The notes beneath the pieces are model-generated. The model was not told the DNA's origin. It worked only from the letters and a program-made list of their open reading frames with translations, and did not search any database. Both the position numbers and the translations under genes were made by a program. DNA of 63,212 nt, the filler included, from Choristocarpus tenellus KU-1152 (lineage: Eukaryota; Protista; Phaeophyceae): assembly GCA_964200185.2 (NCBI GenBank). It is 11 parts of 11 records of this genome, joined end to end, with 100 filler letters (N's around TTAATTAATTAA, not from the genome) between each part and the next. Parts side by side here need not be neighbours in the genome. Positions count along the whole stretch, not along the records: positions 35,161 to 44,037 come from CAXNAD020004233.1; positions 44,138 to 47,152 come from CAXNAD020022925.1; positions 47,253 to 53,460 come from CAXNAD020008678.1; 8 more parts are not named here. The stretch is one strand, 5' to 3'. Shown piece by piece: positions 35,962 to 47,533 of the stretch. How positions within the stretch are numbered: the first letter of the stretch is position 1; the number at the start of each line of letters is the position of its first letter.

Positions 35962-38900
35962 TTGACCTTAGAATGTTCTACAAAACACATCAAACTCTTA
36001 CTACAGTTCAACTCCATTGATAGTGGCTCAACTGCGTTTGAGGCACTTGGGCACTCCATTGCAAGTGCATGGCACCAGCTTGGATTCATAGCCATCATTT
36101 TCATAAATCTCATTGCACACAACCCCGTTCCTTTTGCCACTTTATTTCTCGCTTTGGACAACGGCTATAACTGGACACTGAACAAACATAAGCTAAAACG
36201 TCTTGGGGATGGGCAGGCCAGCTCCTCCCTCCGTCTCGATGAGGTCTACAATGAGATGGCCCGAGTGGAGCGTCTGGTGCATCAAGGAGATTCAAGCGCA
36301 GCTTCAAGGCTAGATCAGCATGCACAGGTAAGCACCGCCTGCATTGTCAAGCAAGTGGGCAGAAGGCTAAATACGTATTCTGTTCACCCTTTTACAGCAT
36401 AGCACAGTAACGAAATTAGTAACTATTGCAAGATGAAAAAAAAAGGTCTAGTGTTGATGGGGTTTGAAATTACGAAATTTATCCAAGTAACTGATCTTGA
36501 TCTCCAACTCAGTCAATTCATTTGATACTGTTTGTTGTAGCATGTTGTTGACCCTGACACTGTGGCCCAACCATATTTTCTCCCAAATCCAAACCTTGCA
36601 AAACTATTGCAGCAAGTAGAAGACCTTTGTGGTATGGTGGACAAGCGGATGGATGAAATTCGAGCAGAGGTGAGCCAGGTGTTTCGTTTGTGCTCATACT
36701 GTCTCCATCATTTACTGAAGGTAGGAAGTGTGTGCACTTGTGGGTGTATGTAAATGTAACCCAAAATGTGTGTATACACTTTGGATGCAGGTGCGAACGT
36801 AAGGATGCAATTGGCCACAAAATATGTATCCCTTGATAAAAGATTCAAATTATCTTAGAGGGCAGAGCAGTGTCCATTTGGGGGGCCAAAATCCAATGCA
36901 GTGATTTTGATGTAATTTTGGCTATCGTGTTTGTTAGGAAGTGTCAATATCGATGTTCCGGACACACCTTTTCATAATGTATACACTTTCCCTACTCCGA
37001 AACATTTTGGAGAAGGAAAAATGTCATAAAAACCCGTGGGAAGGCAAGCCCCAAACGGACAAACAAGGCAAAACTCGTACCCTAACCCTAAGATACTTTC
37101 ACTTGAAATATGCATGACAGGTTGCAGTGCAGCATCCACCCTCTCTTCCTCAACTCACACACACTCTGGATAAATCCCTTTAGGTTGGCATTCAGTTGAC
37201 TCGGGCATGGCAGCTAGTTGGGGAAGGGGTTGGATCAGGAATCCCACCAGCCACAGAGACAGAGGTTCGGTCACTGACCAAGATGGTGCTAGGATTGGAG
37301 CACAGAGTGGGGGAGATCGATCAGGAGCTATCCAAGGTACTCTGGAGTACATAAGAAAATAATATGAACAGCAGGCCGCCCTGAATAGAGCGTGGGCAGA
37401 GATGTAGAGTTATGGCAAGGTGGTATTGGACATCAGGAAGAAGAGATGAGGGAGAGGAGGGGAGAGGAGCGAGTGTTAGAGTAGGAGGCAAATTCTCTGC
37501 ACACAGGTAGAGGGGTTCTGAGGATGTAAAGAACTGCTACTTTTTTTTGGGATATCGCACAGGTTGATTATGTCATCACAAATCATGTTCAATCACTGTT
37601 GTTACAACAAAGGTTACTAATACACGCTTCCTTCAGAAAATATATTTTTCAACAAACTGAAACATATATGTTATATTTTCCCCGCAATCAGTTGTATGTA
37701 ATGTGAGTGTATTGGCGGTCTCTATTCCTCACTAGGTTTGCACTCTACGTACCCTCAATTGTGTAACAAATTACAGTTTTCTCCCTGCACGAATTTGTTT
37801 TCCTCACAGCCCTGGCTCCTTGCTTGTTCAACAGAAATAGCACCGTCATGCTGAAAGCGTACCAGTACATTTCTGTGTTAGATGAAGCCCCCTCCAATCA
37901 TTTCCGTCTCCTGGCTGAGCATTTGTGTGTGCAAAGTACGAAGAAACACTATGGCGAGTTGCTCAAACTCTGAGCGCTGATGTATCTTTCCTTGTATGAT
38001 AACAAGGCTAGCTCAAGCACACCCCTCTCTCGAAACCCTCCTCTCATGGAACCAGATGAAGGACCTGGTACACTCATGGGAGAACACTGTCAGGGGATCT
38101 TCAGCTGGAAGAAGATTTGACACCTATTGCTCACACAAGGGAGCAGCTGGTTTAAAAACACATAGTAGATGGGGTAGCAGAGGAGGGGTGAGAAAGAGTG
38201 TTGGGAACAGCAAGGATGAGGGAAGGGGTGAACTTCGGATGAGATGGGGAGAGAGGGGTGGACCCTTGACTACTCGCTGCCTGTCAGTGAGCTCAGTCTT
38301 CGGGATGAGTATTGATGTGCATACAATGTTCCCTTCAACAAGGACACTTTTGGTTTTCAAAGAGTGATACATTTCAGTAGTTTGTTGAAGGAAATGATAA
38401 CTTTTTTGTACTCCAGAAAGGAGGAAAGAGGACCGAAGCCCTGTACAACTCAAGCCTTGCTTCCTTGAATCTAAAGTACCTCAATCCATATCTACCTGTA
38501 GACCAGCGTAACCCTTGAAAAGGATACACGGGTGTTTCAAGCAGTACTGAGCCCATCGGATGATACTTTAATATATTTGTGTATGTATGGTGGGCTCAAA
38601 CGTGACAACTTTACCTAATCTTGCCATGCTTGCAACACCCAAACTTTGTCGCAGGGATATTCTACCGCTGGTAACGGAACCAGTACATTGAACAGTACAG
38701 CCAGCAAACTCCATGACAGTGTCACTCATTCTCCCTTCCTACATAAAAGTGGTAGCAATAGCACCAGTACTGCCATAGACCAAGGAGAGTTTGGGGGCAA
38801 TGCAACATCAAGCACAGCAGTGAATGCTGCACAACATAAATATGGGCAGCAAGATCGATGGAAGAGAGGAGATATCCCAGAGGGTGAAGGGGTGGTGGCT

Positions 38901-39047
38901 TCAATAAGAAATGTTGAGAGTCGCCTAAGCAATGTTGAGATGGCCTTATTCAGAGGGACCCCAAGTGGCATTGCAGGCACTGGAGGAATTGCTGGCACCA
39001 GTACAGGGTATTATTGCAGACCATCAGGGGAAGAGAGGGAGGGATAG
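35962..39047 (+). other. Possible multi-exon gene or gene relic, unknown product
   Basis: Open segments bounded by splice-like sites in phase 0: ...DQHAQ|gtaagc at 36327; ag|36541-36669 or 36720; cag|38655 onward (Ser/Thr/Gly-rich, then a coiled-coil-like IRNVESRLSNVEMAL). No recognisable domain. Confidence 0.3.
36842..37104 (-). mobile_element. MITE copy (inverted)
   Basis: Full-length reverse-complement similarity; both TIRs recognisable. Confidence 0.87.
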
Positions 39048-39603
39048 GGAAGCAACATGCTTTTTCTCTTTGTTCTCTCATCCTCATACTGCTTTTTTGT
39101 GCCTACTAGTATGAAAACATCCAAAGGATAGACAGAAGCAATTCAAGATTTGCAATAAATAGTGTCACACATTAGTGGGAAGGTGTAAGGCGTACATCCA
39201 TGTTCTGACCACGTACTTTATCACTGCAATGTAGGTGTGACCTGTATGGAATGACTGCCTTACACTACAACCAAAATTTCCTTACTTGTCCATCAACAGC
39301 TGTCCCTACGACCCAACTGGTGCTGACACCAATGATGTACACTGTAATACAAAGGTTAGTCAAGCTTGAGCAGGAATTGTGAGTGGCCGGACTGGAATAG
39401 GAGCAATAAAAATACACCAGGAACAGACATGACGCCAGACCCATCCTTCCTGCACGACATCACCAGCAAAATCTACAGTATATATGTATGCCACACAAAC
39501 AAAAGCAGCCATGCAGGAGGGTGTGGCCCAATCATGCAACTGCAGCAAGACTCAGGAAATTGCGCGCCACTTGTCCTGGACAATTGGTCGAGAATTGGGT
39601 AAT

Positions 39604-39882
39604 GAGTCAAAGTATCTTTGAGGGTAGAGCCGCGTCCGTTTGAGATCTAAATCCAATGTTGCGATTTTGATGTGATTTTGGCTATTGTCTTTGTCAAGTG
39701 TCAATATCCTTGTTCCAGACACACCTTTCATAGTTTTATACATCATACCTACTCCAAAATGTATACATTATAATAATTACTCCAAAACAATTTGTAGTAG
39801 GAAAATGTCGTAAAGCTCATGGGAAGCCAAGTCCCAAACAGACAAACAAGGCTAACTCGTACCCTCTAAGATACTTTCACTC
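39604..39882 (-). mobile_element. MITE copy (inverted, small internal duplication)
   Basis: GAGTCAAAGTATC...GATACTTTCACTC; flanks AAT/AAT. Confidence 0.87.
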
Positions 39883-41046
39883 AATGTAGAGGAATCATCA
39901 AATGCAATAAAGCGAGGTTAGGAGAAGGAATTAGAGTACACCTGAATACATATTTTACACCTACTAACGAAGACACCAATATTTGTACCCATGGAGTGAT
40001 ACACTTTCATTCATATCAAGAGAGATCAACTGCTATGTTCTGTAGTTTTTTTTTCACCTGTAAATATTCAAGACAGAACCTGATTCACCTCATGTAGCGA
40101 TACCCTCATACGAACACACTAAATGTGTTGTATGCTCTCCTCGAGCATGGTTTAAGTATATGAAATCCAAAATAATACACATCACTACGATATAGTACAT
40201 ATCATGTGTTTTCAGTGCTGGGGTTGTCCATTCTGTCAAGAAGTGGCAAGGACATGAATGTGGAGATATATTACACACTGCACTCGCACATACATGCCAC
40301 AAAGGACGACCTAAGTTGTTGAGACGTGGAATAGCTCTTGTTGCACTCACGGACAAGACCCAGACCAAAACTGGTGGTAGGGTACTGTTCCAGTTTGTGC
40401 CCTCACCAACTTCTGAGTGTGCTGTTGCCTGTAAGGCTTGGGTGATATTAGAAGGGTCACCCACTTTGCCATGGATCAGTCCATGCTTGCAAGAGCCACC
40501 CTGCGTAGTAGCATCATCATTAACACTGCCTCAGGGTTCAAGTTGATTGGCACAAGTAGGGACCCAAGCATAGCGCAATAATATCATCAATAATAGGAAC
40601 CGGACATTACAGACTATTAGTGTTGATGGCTACATGATACTATCCAATATGAAGCACTTACAAAAGAGTCTACTAGATCGGCCACTGTCTTCTACATCCA
40701 TACCAAAGACCCCAGTTAAAACGTATAAGCCACAAGTGCGTGGAGGGCTGGGGCAGGAGGCAAGTGGAGACACAAGCTAGTACTCCTCTGAAAATCCCCC
40801 AATATAAGCATTGTCGCCAATGCTCACCCCACCTCACAATCAATAGAAGTGTACTTCTCCCTAATCAACTAGAGGGGGTTGCTCGGCACCTTGTTCACAC
40901 GAAACTGCACAACAAAAAAGGACCGAAAGGACAGTACTCAACCTTGAGTTATTCCATCTACTATCAGAGGTCTTCTAACAACTTTCAGTACGTCATATAG
41001 CCTCAACCACCACTCTCAACTCTTTATCCTCAAGAATATCCTCGGC

Positions 41047-43939
41047 TCATTTCTGCAAAGAAATTGTAGAGGTGCACGTTGCAGAACCAGGAGTTGGGGC
41101 AGTGACTGTGGAGTTCCCAAGTACATGTGACCGGAGGCGTGCAAGGGTGATGAGGACTGCCTCTTCTGTGCGAATGGTGCGACTGCCTTGTCCGGGACAA
41201 GTGTTGACCCACGCATCAAACAATGCAGACGCCTCACTGCCAGGGAGATCCAATGTTTCATCTGCATCGACAGTCGCCTCTATGCCCTGGACATGACGCA
41301 TTTCAGAGGCCAGCAACCCACAAGATATGTCGAAACATCAGTGAAATATGTTACATCGTGGGTCTCATGGTTCATTAAAATGACGAGTAATTTTGTAATG
41401 GTGTATTGGCAAATGGCATTAATGATAGTGTTACAATTCTTTACTTTGATCACTCTTGCCTTTGAAATCTTCTTGGCCTGTTGCCTGTTATTGGTACCTT
41501 GGATAAATATATTGAGTTTGTGGAATAGGGCAACTCGACGTGTGGGTACCTTCACTGAGCTGAACGAGTTGAACACTCACAGATCCAAAACATATACAGC
41601 ATGGGTCTAAGAGTGGAAAAGGACAGGGTGGGAGAAACAATCTACAGCATTGCTACAGTCACTGCTGTGACTATTAACCATCAGGATTAGACTCTACTAT
41701 TAATACCATGGTTGAAGGTCACTCCACTCTTGTGACAGTTATACACAATGACCCTCTAGGCTCCTTTACATTTGATATTGACACTACATAAGAACATTAT
41801 ATATAAAAACATAATTTCAAATACTTCATCAAAGTTAGCTCGCATATAAACAAAAATCATAACCATACTCAGCCAGTACCAATCACAAACCGTGCAATAG
41901 CATCTAAAACTCAGGACCATGTAACATTGTAAGAAATTGGTAGGAAGAAGCACAGCCCAAACACTTGGAGTGATACTTCACCATAAACACAAAGCAACTG
42001 ATACGAACAGTGTAGGGTTCGGGTAAGGGTCTGGGGTTGGAGTGTGTTGCATTTCGGTTTGTCCCAGCTATCTCAGGTGGGTCACAATCTGTAATAAAAT
42101 CGTATTCCTAAGTGCAGTTTTCAACATGTGTAGAATTTGTCCTTGAGAGTACCCCTCCCCAAGATGCTGGACAACTTACCAGGCACAAGGATTTGCAATG
42201 CATTCCCAATGTGTTCACAAATACTCTTACCTTCTTGAACTGCTCCACGAAGACTTTACATATACTACATAAAATGAGGGTTTAAACAGTTACACTAAAA
42301 TCAAGCCCCGCTCCATACACACACTTCCAGAGCATCCCTACACAGTCCTCGAACAAACCTCCTGGATATCAACGCTCATTACCCATACATCTTGTCTCCA
42401 CACCCTTCCAATAAAGGCAATCGCCAACATCTACCACCACCCAATCTTCTCCACTAAAATACTTCATACCTGAACCCCCCCAAATACAATTAAGAGGTGT
42501 TTGTATTTAGGGAGCGTGAAATCCTTGCAGTCAACAGAAACATCCCCACGCTCAGATGTCCCCACAGTGTAGTCGTATCTTTGTACATCACAAAAAGGGG
42601 AAATAATGATTTGAGAGTGTTCCAGGGGAGGGTGTGGAGAGGGGGTGGACGGACGGATTGCTTTGTTGTAAAATTGAGTGATGAGCAAACATTTGAAGGT
42701 ACAAGATAGTGACCATTGACTACACAGAGTATACCCCAATCACAACAATTACAAACTACAAGACCGGCACAAATATGTTTTTGCTAAGGAGCTTGTGATT
42801 TGGTCACCTTCACCATTGGAAATTGATCCCATGGTTCGGTGCTTATCTGAAAGGAGTAAGAGTATCAATGAGCTGACACAAAACGTAGATACTGTATCTA
42901 TATCGATAATGCACTACAATAAAAAATAAGAGTATGCACTATTAGTATAAGCTCAGTCCCAGCACGCAGGTATTGTCAAAATGTTTACACACTTCAGTCA
43001 GAACAACTATCCCTGGTGTAACTATGAAAAGAACTGCAAGATAATGATAATTATTGTAACAACAATGCATTACTTACTTCTGGCTGCTGCACCAGCGGAA
43101 ACGTTTAGTCTGGAGGAATTGGGAGGAGTTGTGTTGTAGTGTATTTCGGGCGTAATACTACTACAGTTGACTACAGGGTCGAATGAGAGATAATACAAGA
43201 GCTCTCCCATTCCTAGGTATTCTCCTTCATCCCCTTCACAACCCACCATAGTGCATTCATTGGTCATTTCCACATAAGCACTAGAGCAACACAGCGGTTG
43301 ATGACATATTTCGACATTTGCTGCCACCTATTGTTCTAATCTGTTCCGTTAACGCTACCACTATACTCCTGTACTTCATCTAGGAAATTCAATCTCCTCA
43401 GTTATTGTTTCCCTGCAACGGGGGGTTAAATATCAGTAAAATATAATACATTTTTTTAACCAATTGGCAGCAAACGTAGAGCTTGATTTTTAAAAATGCA
43501 GTATTTTTCTTACACAGATTAAAAAAAGAAAAGTGCACAATAAACAGCTCCTATTATGAAATCAGCTGTAGACATTAAAACAGATGAAAAGACATACAGG
43601 TCAAGGCATCAATACACTCAAGACCTCTCTCCTCACAACTCATGACTCTCAAGCCCAAGCTCCACACACGGTATATACATGCATCAGTCTCAGTACCACT
43701 TCGCTGTACATACCTTCATATCCAAACCCTTCTACCTACAAACACACTATGCAATGCCCTGTCACAAACGCCATATTTCAAATCCCTTGCACTCACCCTC
43801 CCTTAAAAGGGCATCCAGAGAGAACTTCTGCAAGCCCCGCTGCCAGCCTCGTCTGGTACCCCCAATACAGTCCCAGCTCTTCTCGGGGGGCAGATGGAGG
43901 TACTGCTTTACCCACATGCACTTTTCTGCTTGTATCAGC
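41047..43939 (-). CDS. SPOUT1: SPOUT-domain methyltransferase (C9orf114/SPOUT1/CENP-32 family), last three exons; 5' part off-contig
   Basis: Exons 43939-43797 (GKAVPPSAPREELGLYWGYQTRLAAGLAEVLSGCPFKGG), 42578-42470 (YDYTVGTSERG...LPKYKHLLIVFGGVQ), 41286-41047 (GIEATVDAD...LFDAWVNTCPGQGSRTIRTEEA...stop). GT-AG with matching phases. GLYWGY, GTSERG and NTCPGQGSRTIRTEEA are family-diagnostic motifs. Confidence 0.93.
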
Positions 43940-44554
43940 CTGAGGGAGGGGGGGGGGGGGGGGGGGAAATCAGATTGGGGTACTTTTTTTTTTGGGGGGG
44001 AGCAAAACCGATAGGCCTTTTATTTAGTCGGTGGTATNNNNNNNNNNNNNNNNNNNNNNNNNNNNNNNNNNNNNNNNNNNNTTAATTAATTAANNNNNNN
44101 NNNNNNNNNNNNNNNNNNNNNNNNNNNNNNNNNNNNNAAAAAACAAAACCTAAAAAAAAAAAACACACAAAAGAAAAAAAAAAAAGTTTAAGAGTTGCCC
44201 CCCCCCCCCCCCCTAACACACACACAGCACTAATGAGAAAAATAAAACGGAAGATACAAAATAATTGACATAAAAATAAAATGAAAATGCGGTCGTAACA
44301 GCAATAAGAAAAACAGAACGTAAGATAAATAATAAACACGTAAAACAAAAATAAAAGGTGGGCACGAAACACAGTAGTAAAAGGTACGTAGAATGCAAAA
44401 GATGAAAAAATAAACTAGGACAAGTAAAACGAATTGCGGGCGCAAACAGGTAGTAAAAAGGTAGTAAAAGACATTTAGAATTCAAGATAAAATACAAACA
44501 AGTGTGACAATAAATGTATGCATGGCACCAACAAAAACCGTTCAACAGAAATCA

Positions 44555-44654
44555 ACATATATACATACATATATATATATACATACACATACATACATAC
44601 ACACACACATACACACATACATACACATACATACATACACACATACTCACACAT
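44555..44654. repeat. (TA)/(TACA)/(CA) microsatellite
   Basis: Directly visible. Similar tracts at 13723-13740, 52700-52760 and 55633-55655. Confidence 0.9.
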
Positions 44655-45423
44655 CGAAGAATAAAGAGAGATGTAAATAAGTATTCCATCTTTAAGGTAT
44701 ACCTTGTGAGGATCGAGAGGGTGACAATTGTTGTTGAGGTGGGGGAGGAGGAGGGAATATATATATATATATATATATCAACACACGAAAGCATGACTGT
44801 GGTAGGGAAGGGCAGCTCCAACATGCTCCTTATCATGCAGGAAAGATACGACTACCAATAAAAATAGCAAAGGGATTGATTGTGAGTGGCACTGTTGTCA
44901 AAATCAAGGTCAACCAAAGGGAACAGCAACTACCACAATGACAACAAACAACACAAACAATGCCACCTGAGGAGGAGACAAGAAGATGAGACAAAACAAG
45001 ACAGCGGAACCAAAAGGTCCTATCAATAGATGTCACCGTAACTACATACGTGTGTACACTATTTTTTTACTTTCAACCCAGTAACAAAAGAGGGGAAAAA
45101 ACCTCCGGCAACACTAACCTTCGCCATACCAATACTATACCAACTCCTCATCAAACTAGAAGCCTCACCATGCAACCCCAAAAGCCTAACTAACACCCAA
45201 CCAACATCTTGGCCTCAGGGCAGAATCATGAACCCCCTGTGCACGCTCCCGACTTTTCCCTCCCTGTCACCATCTACTGATGACCACAGTAAATTTCGCT
45301 CACCAAACACAAGACATCTCATCTCCCCTTCCTGTTCACAGTACACTCGAACACACATGTAAACGCTGTCCATCCCCATACCGCACTCCAACCCAATCTA
45401 GCCCCCAAGCATCACCCATCAAC

Positions 45424-46904
45424 CTGTGGAGGATGTGGTTGACGAGCTGTGTCGGGCCGCAAGAAAGACCTGCAAACTGTACCATCAGGAGGTCCAGGTC
45501 CCTGAACATCTTGCAGAACGGAGGCTCTGCATAGTTCAACACCTAAAGGCGAAACAGAGAGAGAGACAGAGAGACAGAGGGAGACAGGGAGAGAGGAACA
45601 TAGTGCAGCAGTGGGGGAGACGGAGGACATGGGCGGTCTGTAAGGAGAGGCTACTTGCTGATATATTGTTTCTTTGAGCAACATGGCTAGGACTTCTGAA
45701 GGCTTGGTAGCTGGCCCAGAGCCACAGAGCAGAGGAGGTCAGTTCCTGGGTAACAACATCAGTCACTCTGTTGCGAACAGGAGAAATCTGAGGTTTTTCA
45801 TTTTTTTTGAACCGAAGGTTGGGGTTAGGGATGATGCCCACAACATAAACTAACATACTTTTGTTACGATATAAAAGAAAAGAGGAATATAACAGTGTTG
45901 AATGAGCACCTATAGTAACACTTGAGAAGATAGACATGAAGGGAAAATGCATTGTTCCCATGCCACTTCCCACAAAAGATTTCTTTCTGGTCTTTGCACT
46001 ACCTACACAAATCCTTGCACTTCTTTGATTTTCCCTACCCCCCTCAATCTTACTACAATCTTACTACAGATACTTGTATGTATCATTATTTTCATTATCA
46101 ATATTGTATCACACATTTAAAAGGTCCAATTGTTGTTAAAATTCAGACTTATGAAAATATTGTTAGAACTCAAGTTTCAAATGCAAGTTTCAATCAAAAA
46201 CATTCAATATAGATGAAGAGCACTTACTTCTGGATACCAACCTAGGCAGGAGAAAAAAGAGTACCAGTACCATTACCATTTCCATTTCCAGTACCAAAGG
46301 GTGGCACAGGGAGGGGTAGAGGTACAAAGGGCAAAAGAATCAGGCAAGAACTATATCCCAGGCACAGGGCTACTATAATATGAATATTACAAAGTCTGTA
46401 AGGAGATGAAGGCAAAGCACAGTTATATATGTACAGATATACACATCCTCAAAACTACTCACCACTCTCATGCATACAAGAGTACATTTCCTAAAAAACC
46501 CCAAGCAACCCATGCACACTACAACATATCCCATTGTCCCTCCCCACTCCCCCCAACTGCCATCACCTGCCACCTTGATAAATAAAACTTCAATCCCAGT
46601 GGGAACATCCCACCAAATTGGGGGAGTTGGTTAAGATTGATGAGGGTATGATGGGAAAAAAAGATATGGCTCCTACTTCTAACAAACTAATCTCAACTTC
46701 AACCTTACTGCTGACTGTTAACTCCCTGTTCCATCTACAACTCTCTTACACCCCATCACCAGGCCATCCCCTCGACCCGCCCCTCCTCACTCATCTCATC
46801 ACCTGATCGTTCATACACTGCCCATTCCGCTTCCATAATCCAGCCCTTATCTCCGCTGCAAGAGCCAGCACCAACATAGGTGTATCTGCAATATCTGTCA
46901 CAAT
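45424..46904 (-). CDS. UBR1/UBR2/PRT6-type N-end-rule E3 ubiquitin ligase, two internal exons
   Basis: Exons 46904-46803 (IVTDIADTPMLVLALAAEIRAGLWKRNGQCMNDQ) and 45542-~45424 (VLNYAEPPFCKMFRDLDLLMVQFAGLSCGPTQLVNHILHR) splice in phase 0. They match the UBR motif P-L-x-x-LV-x-x-AQ-x-x-AGxWxRNG...Q..YY....C.....D.D...LQ. The 3' boundary of the second exon is less certain. Confidence 0.88.
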
Positions 46905-47053
46905 CTTTGGGGGGGGGGGGGGGGGGGGGGGGAAAAAAGAAGGGGGGGGGGGGAAGAGGGAAAAAGAGAAGCGAGTGGGTGGCAGAGCGTGATGGGGATT
47001 GAAATGAAATTCCAGGTTTAAAGAGATAGATTCAGAGTGTCTTGTTACATCGA

Positions 47054-47152
47054 GAGTTTGGAAGTACAACACAATACCGAGTTTGGAAGTACAACACAAT
47101 ACCGAGTTTGGAAGTACAACACAATACCGAGTTTGGAAGTACAACACAATAC
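47054..47152. repeat. Perfect 25-bp tandem repeat x4, running into the contig end
   Basis: GAGTTTGGAAGTACAACACAATACC with period 25. Confidence 0.95.
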
Positions 47153-47533
47153 NNNNNNNNNNNNNNNNNNNNNNNNNNNNNNNNNNNNNNNNNNNNTTAA
47201 TTAATTAANNNNNNNNNNNNNNNNNNNNNNNNNNNNNNNNNNNNNNNNNNNNCCTCCCTCCTCCCCCCCCCCCCCACCCCCCCCCCACACACACAAAGAC
47301 GTGCACTGCAGAACCGCCAACTCTCAGCGATTTTTTTTCATTTTTTTAACACAAATTTCAAAAAAAATCTAACCTTAACCCTAACCCTAACCTGTTTGTG
47401 GAAAATTAAAATTTAAGGTTAGGAAAAGTAAAAAAAAAAAATAGGATGTCCTGACAGCAACAGCTGCGGTTCTCCCCAAGAGGGTTCCCCAGCAGGCACT
47501 TCCAACAATAAACAGCAAAGAGTGATACCTCAC

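Noticed and set aside
41188-41610. 140-aa hydrophobic ORF
   Set aside because: Antisense to the SPOUT1 exon/intron, starts at a non-ATG codon and has no recognisable homology.
47054-47152. CRISPR-like GTTTGGAAG... repeat
   Set aside because: Perfect head-to-tail 25-mers with no spacers, no cas genes and a eukaryotic intronic context.
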